A DNA stretch of 64,000 bases from NCBI GenBank assembly GCA_022813965.1, contig JALDZS010000021.1, forward strand, positions 124,001 through 188,000, given 5' to 3'. This DNA is from Toensbergia leucococca. Taxonomy: Eukaryota. Numbering within the stretch: the first letter of the stretch is position 1; each line of letters begins with the position of its first letter. Below the pieces are notes generated by a model. It did not search any database, had not been told where the DNA came from, and saw only the letters and a program-made list of their open reading frames with translations. Shown in pieces: positions 62,927 through 64,000 of the stretch. A program made the translations under genes and the position numbers.

Positions 62927-63238
62927 CTGCGAAGGAAATGGCCACTGCCCCGGCGAGAAAATAGTACAAACAGCACAATCGACGAGCGTTAAAGCGTTGA
63001 AAGATTCGGATTTAGCAGCCTGGTCGGCATCGAACTGAAAGCTGAGACGTGTCGTGTCCAGCGCATTTGAAGGAGGTTTAGCGCTCCGTTCAAACTTGCT
63101 GCGCTTCCATCGTCACATTGCCTATTTGAACTGCCTGCAATTTTCCAATACTCCATTATGTATCCTGAAAATCGCGAAGAAGATAGTGCTGGCATATCTC
63201 GTCTTTCGTTGTTTGTCAAAGAATAATTGTTCTTTTAG

Positions 63239-64000
63239 ATGGCGCTTCCTGGAGAACCAATCCTTCCTCCTCCCGACCCACCTGATTTTATTGTATGTGA
63301 TCGAGTCTACGGACTTCACCTTCGCACGCTGGACTGCTTGCTTGCGGCAAACAATAGCATAGCAGTTGGAGCCATTCCTGTCGAATGGCAGATAAACCCT
63401 TCTCCATACAACTATCAGTACAGAGTACCAGTACAACTAAGCATCGGTGAGTGAGATCGAGTGAGTCTCAACGACTCCAAGCGGTGGCTAAAACTCCACA
63501 GGTACATGCATCGTTGCCGTTGAGATGGTATTGAGACCTCCTCAGAACGGGGCTCCCATAACCATGCTTATCGCTCCCAACGACATCCGAAGCCTAGCTG
63601 CAAAAGTCGTTCAGCAATGTGTGACACTACAAGGGGGGATCGGGGGGTTTGGGACGCTGGGTATAACCAGTTTGGCGGCCTTTGTGTCCACAGGTGCGAC
63701 ACCATGGAACACGCGAAGCTTCCCAATCTCTACCCGTTTCCTCACCGTAAGTGTGAGAAACACTTATACCCGTAGCCGACAACCCGGCCGCTCAGATCCC
63801 GCAATTGCATTGGCTCTTGCCCAGAGTGCTCCAAGCTCAGTGGCATCTATTCCCGGGGAAAGACTCCTCTCTGCGTCTCAAATTTGGTCTATGCAAGCGG
63901 AAGGAATGCAGAGAGGCAGTATTCGTTACTGGTATTCTAATGTTGCACTGGCCGCGGATATGACCTACCAATGTGATGCAAATCTCGGGGCACCTTCGGT
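63239..64000 (+). CDS. Hypothetical Cys-patterned protein, runs off window end
   Basis: Exon to ...VQLSIG, GTGAGT donor ~63448, CAG acceptor ~63501, then open frame GTCIVAVEMV...AAKVVQQCV...GGIGGF...MTYQCDANLGAPS to the window end; true start uncertain. Confidence 0.55.

Noticed and set aside
1..64000. rRNA, tRNA, CRISPR arrays or intact transposons
   Set aside because: None recognised; the sequence is eukaryotic and has no repeat-spacer structure

Overview
Intron-containing fungal (Pezizomycotina; possibly a lichen-forming Lecanoromycete, which is inference only) genomic DNA. The left ~35 kb is mostly housekeeping: BEACH/Bph1 (partial), vacuolar subtilisin Prb1, DUF3292-type protein, Inp54-like 5-phosphatase, a tiny Cys-rich spliced gene, a membrane protein, a DUF1752-type protein, a CrpA-like Cu-ATPase, Mus81, a ferric reductase and a kinesin-6. 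The right ~28 kb is a non-reducing polyketide gene cluster: an AflR-type Zn2Cys6 regulator, Ayg1-like hydrolase, LovD-like SxxK hydrolase, CTB7-like FAD monooxygenase, EthD dehydratase, SAT-KS-AT-PT-ACP-ACP-TE PKS and a laccase, plus decayed Myb and MFS genes. AflR-type TCG(N5)CGR palindromes lie upstream of every intact cluster gene, five of them in one 558-bp promoter. Three more lie upstream of the adjacent oxaloacetate hydrolase, suggesting oxalate/acetate production is wired into the pigment regulon. Exon boundaries were read by eye and all product assignments rest on motif recognition, not database searches.
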